DNA of 64,000 nt, from IMG/VR virus record IMGVR_UViG_3300027917_000018, positions 32,001 through 96,000 of that record. One strand, written 5' to 3'. Positions within the stretch are counted from its first letter, which is position 1; each line of letters opens with the position of its first letter. Source of the stretch: a virus (lineage: Duplodnaviria > Caudoviricetes). This document shows, in pieces, positions 46,357-54,664 of this stretch. The notes beneath the pieces are model-generated. The model did not search any database, was not told the origin of the DNA, and saw nothing but the letters and a program-made list of their open reading frames with translations. Made by a program: the position numbers and the translations under genes.

Positions 46357-46667
46357 CGGTCGAAAAAGTGGGTGGGGTCGCTGTCCTCGTAGAAGGGTTT
46401 GGGCGGCAGCTTGGGTTTCGGCCTGGGTTCCTCTGGCCCTAAAACCTCCACATCAACAGGCGTGTCTTCCAGAAAGTCGGTTACAGGCGTCTCCTTGGGC
46501 GCGAACGTAAGCGGCATTTGGTTGTTGAGCATGAGCGGCTGGTTTAGAGCCGGGCACATTGCCCAAAAGACCCAGTGGCTCTCCGGGTCGTGATTGGTCA
46601 GCGGCGCAAACTCAAGGTCCTCGTGCGTGCCGCCGCACCGCTCGCACTGTATCACGGTCACTTTCAT
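46353..46667 (-). CDS. Small Cys-containing hypothetical protein
   Basis: CERCGGTH...CP; ATGA-coupled to its neighbours. Confidence 0.55.
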   Translation of the reverse strand: MKVTVIQCERCGGTHEDLEFAPLTNHDPESHWVFWAMCPALNQPLMLNNQMPLTFAPKETPVTDFLEDTPVDVEVLGPEEPRPKPKLPPKPFYEDSDPTHFFDR

Positions 46668-46996
46668 TCCAGAATGCAGTCAAAATCGATCGGCTTTTCT
46701 TTCGGATCACTCTCGGCGCTGATGATTGCGTGGCAGGACCAGCCGTCGCACATGTCGACGCGGCACATCAGCCGAATCTTCAGCTCCCGGAACCGATGCA
46801 GCCGCCACGTCAGCTCGCGGGGCACGAAGCCAATATGGTGCCTGCCCTTGTAAACGGCGATGGCCCACGGGTCGTGGCCATTCTCCAAATCCCACTGCAA
46901 CGCCAGCAAGTCGCCCGGCTGCAAGTGGGCTGCATCGTAGGTTTTCTGGCGGTACTTGATGCCCGCCACGGCAAAGGAGGTAACGGGTCTGCTCAT
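46664..46996 (-). CDS. HIRAN domain protein
   Basis: VAGIKYR...LQPGDLLAL...ENGHDPWAIAVY...IGFVPR. Confidence 0.85.
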   Translation of the reverse strand: MSRPVTSFAVAGIKYRQKTYDAAHLQPGDLLALQWDLENGHDPWAIAVYKGRHHIGFVPRELTWRLHRFRELKIRLMCRVDMCDGWSCHAIISAESDPKEKPIDFDCILE

Positions 46997-46998
46997 GA

Positions 46999-47685
46999 TT
47001 ATTCGATCATTTTGGTGGCTCTTTCTTCAAGCTGCTGGGCTACTGCGGCAGCTCCAGCGCTTTGCAAAAGCTGCTTGGTGTACGAAGACAAGTCTGACTT
47101 GGCCTCGTTGAGCATGTCGTCCAGAGCTTCGTTCCATTGGGACGCCATGAAGGGCAGATTCTGGCCGATTTGGCACTTGAGCATCTGGAGCGCCTTGACG
47201 AACTCCACGCGTTCCTTCTTGGGCACTCGGTCGGCCTGGGCCATCGTTTCGGCGGTGGTGATCACTGCGTCGCAAATCTGGTCCAGCTCCTGCATCTTCC
47301 GCCGAAATTCGGCCTCCAGCTCCTGGCGCTCGTTCTTCTCGGGGCAATCGGGCTGTTTCTCAAAGTTGATGGCCTCGATCGTGCAGGGAACGCCGTCCCC
47401 GACGTTCATGTGGCTCAAGAGCTGGCCAAATTGGGCCTCGGTTAAGCTGATTTCGATGATCGGCTTGGACATCATGTACCGATCGGCGTAAAGCTGCCGG
47501 TGCTTCTCGGCGTGCCCAATGCGGATGGTCACGCCCGCATGGTGCCGGATGGACGATCCGAAAAAGTTCTGAGGCGGCGTGCAAGTGTACCGGCTGACGC
47601 CGATCATGCCGTAGCTGGGGTGCTCCTCGATCGTGCTGTCGTGATCGCCTTTACGGATCGTCGGAGGGACTGTGGTTGTTTTCAT
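46999..47685 (-). CDS. Conserved phage hypothetical protein
   Basis: Start MKTTTVPP at 47685; HPSYGMI.VSR...FGSSI.H...SLTEAQF...MNVGDGVPCTI pattern. Confidence 0.6.
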   Translation of the reverse strand: MKTTTVPPTIRKGDHDSTIEEHPSYGMIGVSRYTCTPPQNFFGSSIRHHAGVTIRIGHAEKHRQLYADRYMMSKPIIEISLTEAQFGQLLSHMNVGDGVPCTIEAINFEKQPDCPEKNERQELEAEFRRKMQELDQICDAVITTAETMAQADRVPKKERVEFVKALQMLKCQIGQNLPFMASQWNEALDDMLNEAKSDLSSYTKQLLQSAGAAAVAQQLEERATKMIE

Positions 47686-47686
47686 A

Positions 47687-48052
47687 TCAGTTGCTGGCCG
47701 AAGCATCGGCCAAATCGAGCCTGGCAATTGAGCTTCGGCATTCGGCGCAGAAAACCTCAACAAAACCAGCGTTCCATTGGTAGGAAGCCCATACACCCGC
47801 TTTAGAATGGCAGACCGCCTTGATCTGCGTGGCTTGAAGCGGTTCACGCAGTTTAAGAACGACAATCGTTCGGTAGCACTCGCGGCACGAGATGGTCGCG
47901 ACCTGGCCCTTGATGTCGATTTGGGTCGGTTCATCCAGGTGGCACTTGCCGTGAAGAAAGACCTCCTTGGTATGGTTCTGGTGGTCACAGCCTGGCATCG
48001 TGCAGCCCCTGACCGCGATATTGTCCATTTGCTCTTTGCCTAGAGGGTTCAT
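47687..48052 (-). CDS. Cys/His-rich hypothetical protein with two CxxC repeats
   Basis: Start MNPLGK at 48052 (ATGA overlap); CHLDEP...CREC and CHSKAG...CAEC internal duplication. Confidence 0.55.
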   Translation of the reverse strand: MNPLGKEQMDNIAVRGCTMPGCDHQNHTKEVFLHGKCHLDEPTQIDIKGQVATISCRECYRTIVVLKLREPLQATQIKAVCHSKAGVWASYQWNAGFVEVFCAECRSSIARLDLADASASN

Positions 48053-48453
48053 GCCTTGAGTTTCTGAAAAGCTTCGCGCCATTTGGGGTCCACCCGGATG
48101 GCCGTCAGCATCTGGTAGATGACGCCGGGGCTGAAGAGCGCCTTGGCCATCTTGTCGGCGGGGCACAGGTTGGTGTCCACGATGAAGCGCGGCAGCGTGT
48201 CCCCGAGGTCGGTGATGAGCGGGTAAAGCTGGCATTCCAGCGGTTTGCGTTCCTGGACTTTGCACATGCCGCCCTCGTAGTAGACGCACTGGCCGTCCGG
48301 CTTCTTGGCGACGGTCTGAAATTCGACTCCCTCGAACGAGCGGGACTCGGTCTGGTAGCCCTTGTTCAGCTCGTGCGGAAACAGCACTGGGATCAGGTTT
48401 GGGTTGACGCAGCACTTGCCGCAGTCCATGCAGTTGATGATGACAGGAGTCAT
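48049..48453 (-). CDS. YkgJ-like CxxCxxCC zinc/iron-chelating protein
   Basis: CMDCGKCC...CVY...CKV...KPLECQLYP; start MTPVII at 48453. Confidence 0.8.
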   Translation of the reverse strand: MTPVIINCMDCGKCCVNPNLIPVLFPHELNKGYQTESRSFEGVEFQTVAKKPDGQCVYYEGGMCKVQERKPLECQLYPLITDLGDTLPRFIVDTNLCPADKMAKALFSPGVIYQMLTAIRVDPKWREAFQKLKA

Positions 48454-48656
48454 TGTCGGTAGAGCAAGTGGCGGATGATTTTTCCTTCGTGGTCGATGAA
48501 GCAGACGTGGCCTTCGCGCCCGCAAATGCAGCGGATGTCCCACTGTAACGGATCGCTGTAACGGCAGGAGCCGGGCACTTCCCAGGCGCGCCCACAGGGA
48601 CATGGGTGTTGGGCCATGTAATCTCGCATGCGTTGCAGCTCTTCTTCCTGGGTCAT
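48450..48656 (-). CDS. Small Cys-rich protein
   Basis: 68 aa, CPC...CIC; coupled to its neighbours. Confidence 0.5.
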   Translation of the reverse strand: MTQEEELQRMRDYMAQHPCPCGRAWEVPGSCRYSDPLQWDIRCICGREGHVCFIDHEGKIIRHLLYRQ

Positions 48657-49177
48657 AAATCCATGCGCCCTTTTCCAATGAAGTGGTCGAAAATTTCCGT
48701 GGTGAGGTAGATGCGCCTAACGAACAAGGGCAAAGGCTGCCTGGCTTGCCTCGCTTGCCTCATTTCGGCGTCGGTGGGCCGCCGAACAAGCCATCCGGTA
48801 AGCTCGCCAGGTTTTGGCGGCATGTCCCGAGGGTCAATCGGAGGAGACTGTAACGGAAAAGCGGTATTCACGGGCGACTGGCTGTAAGCCGCGAGCAGGT
48901 CTGTGAAACCGGCGTCCGTAACCGCCCAGGTTTCGTCGTGCATCAGCAAACTCAAAAAGTCATGCAACGACACGGTGGTCCAGGAATTCGGACTGACGTT
49001 CCGAAGGCTTTCCAGCTCAGTGCTGTTGACGAGAAGTGTCGCCCCGTTCCCGTCAGGGATGTTGACAGTGCGCAGCACGGTGTCTCCTTCGGCAGGAGCA
49101 CAACCGACTGTCAGCCCTTTGGCCTTTAGCACTTCAGCATCGATCATTTCATTGATATTGGCTTGTTCCGGGCTCAT
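48653..49177 (-). CDS. Hypothetical protein
   Basis: 174 aa, coupled. Confidence 0.5.
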   Translation of the reverse strand: MSPEQANINEMIDAEVLKAKGLTVGCAPAEGDTVLRTVNIPDGNGATLLVNSTELESLRNVSPNSWTTVSLHDFLSLLMHDETWAVTDAGFTDLLAAYSQSPVNTAFPLQSPPIDPRDMPPKPGELTGWLVRRPTDAEMRQARQARQPLPLFVRRIYLTTEIFDHFIGKGRMDL

Positions 49178-50070
49178 AGGTCTTCGCTCAGTTCATTCCA
49201 TTGTTCGGACACCGCCTGGAGCTTTTTACGGGCCGCCTCTTCGGCCTCGTCGCGCTCCGCCCAAAGGTCAGCGTCCCGTACAGAGAACACGGCGTCGCGG
49301 ATCAGGTCGGCAATAACTTGAGGTTCGAGTGCGTCCAGCTCCCAGCTGTCGTTGCCGAATTGGGCAATGTAGGCGGCGGCCCGTGAATCCGTGATCTTGG
49401 CCGGATTGGGCGGCGGCTGGAACTGGTCGATCTGGTCCATGTTGAGCGCCAGCCGCTTGATTTCGATGTCGCGGCCCGCAAACTCGGAGAGCCGGTCCAC
49501 GATGTCGCGGGTCATGTCCTTGCCGGAGGGGTCGTGGTCGCCCAAATGGAACACGAGCGGCGTCTGCCCCTGCCGGGCAAACTTGGCCAGGCGCTGCGCG
49601 GCGCTCCACATCTCCGATTGGCTGGTGTAGCCCCGGCAGGAGAAGTAGGGCACGTCGAGGTCGTTGCACACGCCCTCGATGACACCCACCAGCGCATCCT
49701 TCTCGATCCAGACCTCGACGTGGTAGGGCTGGTCATTCCATTTGTCGAAGCGGAACTGGTTCGCGCAGGCCCGAATGATGTCCGAGGGCGATTCCCAGTG
49801 GGCTAGGCTGCGCAAGTTCCGGGTCCGGTCGACGATGGCCTCCCAGTCAATCAGCCCCGCCAACCGGGCATCGCTGATGATGTCGCCGAGGTTCTTGTAG
49901 TCCTTCTGCGTATTGGGGATCAGGTCGCGGCTGACGAACTGGTAGTAGAGCTGGCGCAGTGTCAGGGTGAATCCCTGCTGCGCGTATTCCGCGATGATCT
50001 GGTTCGCGGTCTCGATCAGCGCCTGGCGGGCCGCGCTGAACCTCTTCTCTCGGTAGCAAATCTTTGGCAT
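49174..50070 (-). CDS. Topoisomerase VI-A/Spo11/JetD-like protein (winged helix + TOPRIM)
   Basis: TLRQLYY, VWIEKD, SCRGY, LGDHDPSG, WELDAL motifs. Confidence 0.75.
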   Translation of the reverse strand: MPKICYREKRFSAARQALIETANQIIAEYAQQGFTLTLRQLYYQFVSRDLIPNTQKDYKNLGDIISDARLAGLIDWEAIVDRTRNLRSLAHWESPSDIIRACANQFRFDKWNDQPYHVEVWIEKDALVGVIEGVCNDLDVPYFSCRGYTSQSEMWSAAQRLAKFARQGQTPLVFHLGDHDPSGKDMTRDIVDRLSEFAGRDIEIKRLALNMDQIDQFQPPPNPAKITDSRAAAYIAQFGNDSWELDALEPQVIADLIRDAVFSVRDADLWAERDEAEEAARKKLQAVSEQWNELSEDL

Positions 50071-50117
50071 GGTACTATCCTTATACCCAAATCTCGGCAG
50101 TTTTTAACCCTTGGCCC

Positions 50118-50426
50118 TTAAGGTTGAGGAAGATTGCCGCTTCCAACGGTGTCGTCCTGAATGGGCTTGTCCGACTCGTCGCGCACTGTCCAGCCCGCCA
50201 GGGGCAGGAGCGATTCGGTGGATTCGTCGCCGGGGCCGGTGCGCCAGAGGATACAATGCTTTTTGTCGACGCGGTAGATGGTCAGCGACCTGGGTATAGC
50301 CCAGGTTCCGCCGTCGTTTATGCGCCCCAGGTGCGCGAGAAGCCACGTCAGCGCCGGGGCAATGTCCTCCCGGCGGGCAAGACTCAGCTGGCCCTTACGA
50401 AGGCGCTCTAAAGCTTGCTTATTCAT
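50118..50426 (-). CDS. Hypothetical protein
   Basis: Start MNKQAL at 50426. Confidence 0.5.
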   Translation of the reverse strand: MNKQALERLRKGQLSLARREDIAPALTWLLAHLGRINDGGTWAIPRSLTIYRVDKKHCILWRTGPGDESTESLLPLAGWTVRDESDKPIQDDTVGSGNLPQP

Positions 50427-50515
50427 AGTAGCGTGCTGGTGAAAGCCCAAACCAGAGCAACAAGCGCCGCCACGAGCAAAATAACGGCGGCGCAGCCAAG
50501 GTCTTCGCGGCTCAT
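50423..50515 (-). CDS. 30-aa single-transmembrane microprotein (not in ORF track)
   Basis: MSREDLGCAAVILLVAALVALVWAFTSTLL; ATGA overlaps at both ends. Confidence 0.65.
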   Translation of the reverse strand: MSREDLGCAAVILLVAALVALVWAFTSTLL

Positions 50516-51702
50516 AGGTCCCTCTGAGAACAGGTCATGTAGTGTCCGGCGCTGGGTTCCGCGCTGCATTCGGGGCACGCAACTGGCAACGTTGCCAGTT
50601 CCTCTTCCACCTTGTCGGGAATGTCGGCGATAGCGATTTCAGGATGCTGCATGGCGTAGGCAATCCACGGAGCGGCCTCGGCCATCGTCTTTCCACGGCG
50701 GATGGCTTCGTCCTGAAGTGCGTTCCACCGGTCGAGCTTGGACTGGAACTGGGGCTCGGCGAGCACTGGGTTGGCCTTGGCGATGGCCTCCTCGTCGACC
50801 GCCAGCTTGAGGATGCGGAAGTTGGCGGGGCGCTTCCAAAAGCCGAATAACGGATCGCCTTCCTTGGGCTCGACCGTGGCCTTGAATTCGACCGTGTCGC
50901 CGACCTTGAGAATGTCGGACACGTAGGCGTCGTGCCCAGGCTTCTGCCAGTCGTGGCCCCGCGAGATGTTCACGTCGTCAAAAACCGTGCGCTCCGGGCA
51001 GCTGCCCCACAGCTTCACACCGTTGCCGAGGTCAACCAGGACCTTGGCCGTGTAAGTCGTCAGGGCCGAATAGCGCGACCGCTCGCGCTCCTCCAGGCGA
51101 ATCTTGCGGACGATGCCACGGATGACCTGCCGCCCGGCCTTGGCGGTCCCGGTCGCCTTGGCCCGACGGTCAATGTCGTCCTGGCGAACCTTCTCCAGCA
51201 GCGCGAGCTGCTTCTCGGAGATGTTGCCGTACCGGCGCAGCTTCTCGCAGATGTCCCGCGAAATGCGCGGAGCGTTGGGGCGCTTGGACCACTGGATGAC
51301 GCCGATCGCGTCGGGATTGGCGGCGAGGAAATCAGCCTCGCGCTTGTCGCACGCGATGCGCTGTGCCAGGGCCACCGTCGCGCCCTTGATAATGTCGCTG
51401 TAGCCCGCGAGCGCCTTGACGGTCTTGGCGCAGTCGCGGCCAATCCAGTAACCGTTGCCGGTGGGCCTGTGGGTGACGGCGCAGGCGATCTTCAGGCCGT
51501 GCCCGCACAGGGCGCACCGATTGGCCTCCTCCTTGGGCGCATTGAACTTCTCCCAGTCGGCCTCGTTAAGGACCTCCATCTCGACCACTGGAAGCTGCCG
51601 TCCCGTCTCCTCGTCCTCGTAAACGTCGGTGATTGACGCCACCGCCGTTATCGAAAGCTCGTTGAGGGGCAGGCCCTTGATGCTGTCGGCGCGGGGTGTC
51701 AT
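50512..51702 (-). CDS. Conserved phage protein with zinc-binding N-terminus and OB-fold-like C-terminus
   Basis: Start MTPRAD at 51702 with GGAAGG SD; CALCGH...DC, ISEKQL, VGDTVEFKATV...FWKRP. Confidence 0.55.
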   Translation of the reverse strand: MTPRADSIKGLPLNELSITAVASITDVYEDEETGRQLPVVEMEVLNEADWEKFNAPKEEANRCALCGHGLKIACAVTHRPTGNGYWIGRDCAKTVKALAGYSDIIKGATVALAQRIACDKREADFLAANPDAIGVIQWSKRPNAPRISRDICEKLRRYGNISEKQLALLEKVRQDDIDRRAKATGTAKAGRQVIRGIVRKIRLEERERSRYSALTTYTAKVLVDLGNGVKLWGSCPERTVFDDVNISRGHDWQKPGHDAYVSDILKVGDTVEFKATVEPKEGDPLFGFWKRPANFRILKLAVDEEAIAKANPVLAEPQFQSKLDRWNALQDEAIRRGKTMAEAAPWIAYAMQHPEIAIADIPDKVEEELATLPVACPECSAEPSAGHYMTCSQRDL

Positions 51703-51704
51703 GG

Positions 51705-52073
51705 CTATTTCCTTCCGGCAAGGGTTTCGATGGCGGCGACGGCGGCGGCCATCTCGCGGCTGCGAGCGGCGGCGTTTTCGGCCTCGATGGCGGCGACGAA
51801 CTGCCCCACGGTGCGGTGCTTGCCCGCTTCGGCGGCGAAGCGCTCGGCGCGCTGGCCGTGCGTCTCGTCCTTGCGCAGCGCAGACCACTTGCTGACGAGC
51901 TGAAGCTGGCGCTTGGACTCGGTCGGGTCGTTGCTACCGGCCACCAAAACGGTGTCGCTGTAGCGGTTGATGCGCAGCTCCACGGAGCCGCCGCTGGGGT
52001 ACTGAACCTTCACCACGAGGCGGTCGTAAGAATCCCGTCGGGTGACCTTGGTTTCGGTAATTCGCTTTGTCAT
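51705..52073 (-). CDS. Hypothetical protein, first gene of the early-type cluster
   Basis: 122 aa, GGTGG SD-like site upstream. Confidence 0.55.
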   Translation of the reverse strand: MTKRITETKVTRRDSYDRLVVKVQYPSGGSVELRINRYSDTVLVAGSNDPTESKRQLQLVSKWSALRKDETHGQRAERFAAEAGKHRTVGQFVAAIEAENAAARSREMAAAVAAIETLAGRK

Positions 52074-52082
52074 AGCACCACC

Positions 52083-52130
52083 AATATGGCAGCAGCCACG
52101 ACCCAGCGCAAGAACAAATTAAAGATTTTT
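52083..52130 (-). promoter_or_regulatory. Sigma70-like early promoter
   Basis: TTGCGC-N17-CATATT on the minus strand (52111-52106; 52088-52083) with an AT-rich UP-like tract at 52116-52130. Confidence 0.55.
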
Positions 52131-52147
52131 GGATACGTCTAACTGGC

Positions 52148-54337
52148 TCATGTGAGCGTATCTACGCCCCACCAACCCGCCGGGCGAGCGGCTATGACCA
52201 TCCAGCCCGTTGCCGCTACTGAAGTCCAGTCTCGCAGGTCGTAGGACGCGTCGTTGAAAAGCGTGTATGGGAAGCCGTTTGGCCCCAAAAGGTCCCTGAG
52301 CTGCGTGTGCAATGCGACCGCCTCGTCCCTGAGCCCGGCACCGACCCAGGCGTGAACCACGCCCGCCGTGCCCTCAATCCAGAGGCCGCCGGATGCGCCC
52401 GGATACCCGTAGTCCGGGCTGTAGGGCGTGTAGCCAACGAAGGTGCCGGACTGGGTGCCGTAGTAGGTGCCGCTGAACTCGCCGACCGGGGCAAAACTGC
52501 CGAAAAACGTGCCGTTGCTGTAAATGCCTCGGGTTTGGTAGTCGGGAATGATGTCCAGGACCACGGTGCCGTGCGGAGCGCCCACGTCCCGGACCACGCT
52601 GGAGTACCAACTGGCCACGTCCAGGGCGTGCGCCGTGTCCGGGCTGCTGTTGTTGGTCATGCCCTGGTAGGCCCGTGGCGGGCTGTAGGTGCCTTGCCAG
52701 AAGGTGGTGTTGAGGACCTGGCCGATGCGCGTGCCGTAGTCGTGCCACGCCTGGCTGCCGGTCATGGCGTAGTATTCCTTGGCAAACCAATAGGCGTCGG
52801 TATTGTGCTCGGTCGAGACCCACGGAACCTGGTAGGTGCCGTTGAATTCCCACACCGGAAGCTGATAGCGGCCCCTGCCGCCCCGGAAGGTGGAGACCTG
52901 CTTGTCATCGCTATCGACCCAGTACTCCGTGACCATCGTTCCGGCGAACTCGCCCAGGACGTGCTCGATCGAGCTTTGCAGGTCGGGCGGCACGGTCGGG
53001 GCCTTGTTCAGGTACCAGGCCAGGGCCGAGGCGCACCAGAAGTTGGCCCCGGTTCGGTAATACGGATCGGGAGGAACGGCGGAGACCGTGTTTACCGAGA
53101 AAGCCCACTGGCGATCCAGCGGGGTCCACGCGGCGACGAGGCCCCGCGACCAGCGCTCGGCGGTCTCCCAGTCCTCCATGCCCACGGCGGCCACAATTGA
53201 GAGAGCCTGATCGTAGGTGTAGGTGCGCTTGTAGAGGTAGGGCCACGACGGATCGCTCTGGTCCATGCCGTAGGAGCGGAGCAAGCCCTGACCCCAGTAA
53301 TGCTCGGCGATGAGGTTCTCCTCGGGAACCTTGACCAGTTTCAGGGTCTTGTAGCCAGGGGTGCCGAACGGGATTGAAAACCCGCCCAGCACCGCCCCGG
53401 ATTGCCCGACCGTGGTGCCATACGCGTTGGCCACCAAATCTGCGCGCTTGATGCCTGAATCGGTCTCCGCCACGAATCCGTAAACGAACGGCGCATAGGT
53501 GTGGCCGAAGATGCCACCGTCGCTTTTGCGGATGAGCTTGGCGATCTTGGTGCCCGTAAACGCTTGGGCCGCCGCCCAAGTGCCGTCGCCTTGGATCGTG
53601 CCGGTGGACTGGTAGTAATCCTGGTCGGTCTTGCTAAAGACCTGAATTTCATAGTCAGCGTACTGGCCGGGGTCCAGGCCCTCCACGCGGCCCACGATGG
53701 GGCCGAAGCTGCCTGAATACGGGTAGGGCTCGCTGAAAAGCACGGCTCCCGTAAACAGATTCGAGCGGGAAATCAGGTAGGGGATGTCGCTGACCGCGTA
53801 GATGTCCACGCGGAGGTCAGTGCCTGTGAAGTCGGACGGAAAGGCGGTGGCGCGACCAGCGGCACTTCCAGTATAGCCGTAGTCGTAGGTGCCCGTCTGG
53901 CTGTAGTCGAAGGTGCCGTCCGGGTTCGTTCCGTAGAAAACCAGTTCAGCCCGGTTGGGCGTGGCGCTCCCGACGAAGTAATCAACGTCGCTGGTGTTGT
54001 ATCCCCGGATCGAGTACTCGGTGTAAGCGTCGGTGCCGATGCCGGTGACGATGCCCGACACTTCGCCAACGTAGCTGGGCGCGTACGATCCTGTAAACGA
54101 AAGGCCGCTGGTGCCGTTGTAGAAGGTCGGCGGGTTCTCCAGCGTTTTGAGGACGGCGAAGGTTTCGTTTACGAAGTCGGCATCAAAATAGGCAAGCGGT
54201 GGCGTGGGAGGCGTGGGCGGAGCTGGATTGACCGGCCCGCTGCCATCGCTGCGGCCCGTGCGGCTGGTGTTCCAATAGGACGGAGCTGGCCATTTGTCCC
54301 CGGTCCTATCGAACGGGCGGATGACAAACGGAGGCAT
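52148..54337 (-). CDS. Ig-like repeats + six-hairpin glycosidase-like (alpha/alpha toroid) domain
   Basis: N-terminal repeats (Y.I..Y/F..TD.DY...DGT); C-terminal YTYDQAL, VSTEHNTD, WIEGT, SVAATGW helical-toroid motifs. Confidence 0.5.
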   Translation of the reverse strand: MPPFVIRPFDRTGDKWPAPSYWNTSRTGRSDGSGPVNPAPPTPPTPPLAYFDADFVNETFAVLKTLENPPTFYNGTSGLSFTGSYAPSYVGEVSGIVTGIGTDAYTEYSIRGYNTSDVDYFVGSATPNRAELVFYGTNPDGTFDYSQTGTYDYGYTGSAAGRATAFPSDFTGTDLRVDIYAVSDIPYLISRSNLFTGAVLFSEPYPYSGSFGPIVGRVEGLDPGQYADYEIQVFSKTDQDYYQSTGTIQGDGTWAAAQAFTGTKIAKLIRKSDGGIFGHTYAPFVYGFVAETDSGIKRADLVANAYGTTVGQSGAVLGGFSIPFGTPGYKTLKLVKVPEENLIAEHYWGQGLLRSYGMDQSDPSWPYLYKRTYTYDQALSIVAAVGMEDWETAERWSRGLVAAWTPLDRQWAFSVNTVSAVPPDPYYRTGANFWCASALAWYLNKAPTVPPDLQSSIEHVLGEFAGTMVTEYWVDSDDKQVSTFRGGRGRYQLPVWEFNGTYQVPWVSTEHNTDAYWFAKEYYAMTGSQAWHDYGTRIGQVLNTTFWQGTYSPPRAYQGMTNNSSPDTAHALDVASWYSSVVRDVGAPHGTVVLDIIPDYQTRGIYSNGTFFGSFAPVGEFSGTYYGTQSGTFVGYTPYSPDYGYPGASGGLWIEGTAGVVHAWVGAGLRDEAVALHTQLRDLLGPNGFPYTLFNDASYDLRDWTSVAATGWMVIAARPAGWWGVDTLT

Positions 54338-54344
54338 GGACCAG

Positions 54345-54620
54345 CTACTTCTTCCTCATCACCTTGCCGGGCGGCTTCGCAATGACGTTGAGCATCTTTT
54401 TGGATCGTGCCTCGGCCACTGGCATTTCCACATCTTCCTGCCGGTAGCTGACCTTGCCCGGTGACTTGGCCACCGGAGCCGTGCCGCTGCTGGACGCGCC
54501 CTTTTGCTTGGCCTTCTTCATGGCCTTGGGCACGCCCATCTTAGCTTCGGGCATTTCGATCTTCTCGCCGCTCAAGAGTCGTTGCGCTACGCGCTCGGCT
54601 GTTTCGCGAATGTCGTTCAT
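54345..54620 (-). CDS. Small basic protein with VAQRLLS N-terminal tag
   Basis: 91 aa, Lys-rich; TAGTTA 7 nt upstream. Confidence 0.55.
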   Translation of the reverse strand: MNDIRETAERVAQRLLSGEKIEMPEAKMGVPKAMKKAKQKGASSSGTAPVAKSPGKVSYRQEDVEMPVAEARSKKMLNVIAKPPGKVMRKK

Positions 54621-54664
54621 ACGTTCCTAACTACGGCGTCCAGGTTAACGCGTTCTATCTGGCC
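54621..54664. promoter_or_regulatory. Divergent junction with TAGTTA (minus) and GTTCTA (plus)
   Basis: TAACTA at 54628-54633; GTTCTA at 54652-54657, 7 nt before the 54665 ATG. Confidence 0.55.

Noticed and set aside
50070-50110. Sigma70 promoter upstream of the TOPRIM gene (TATAAG)
   Set aside because: The -35 match is poor and TATAAG overlaps the TAAGGA ribosome-binding site; too weak to list as a feature
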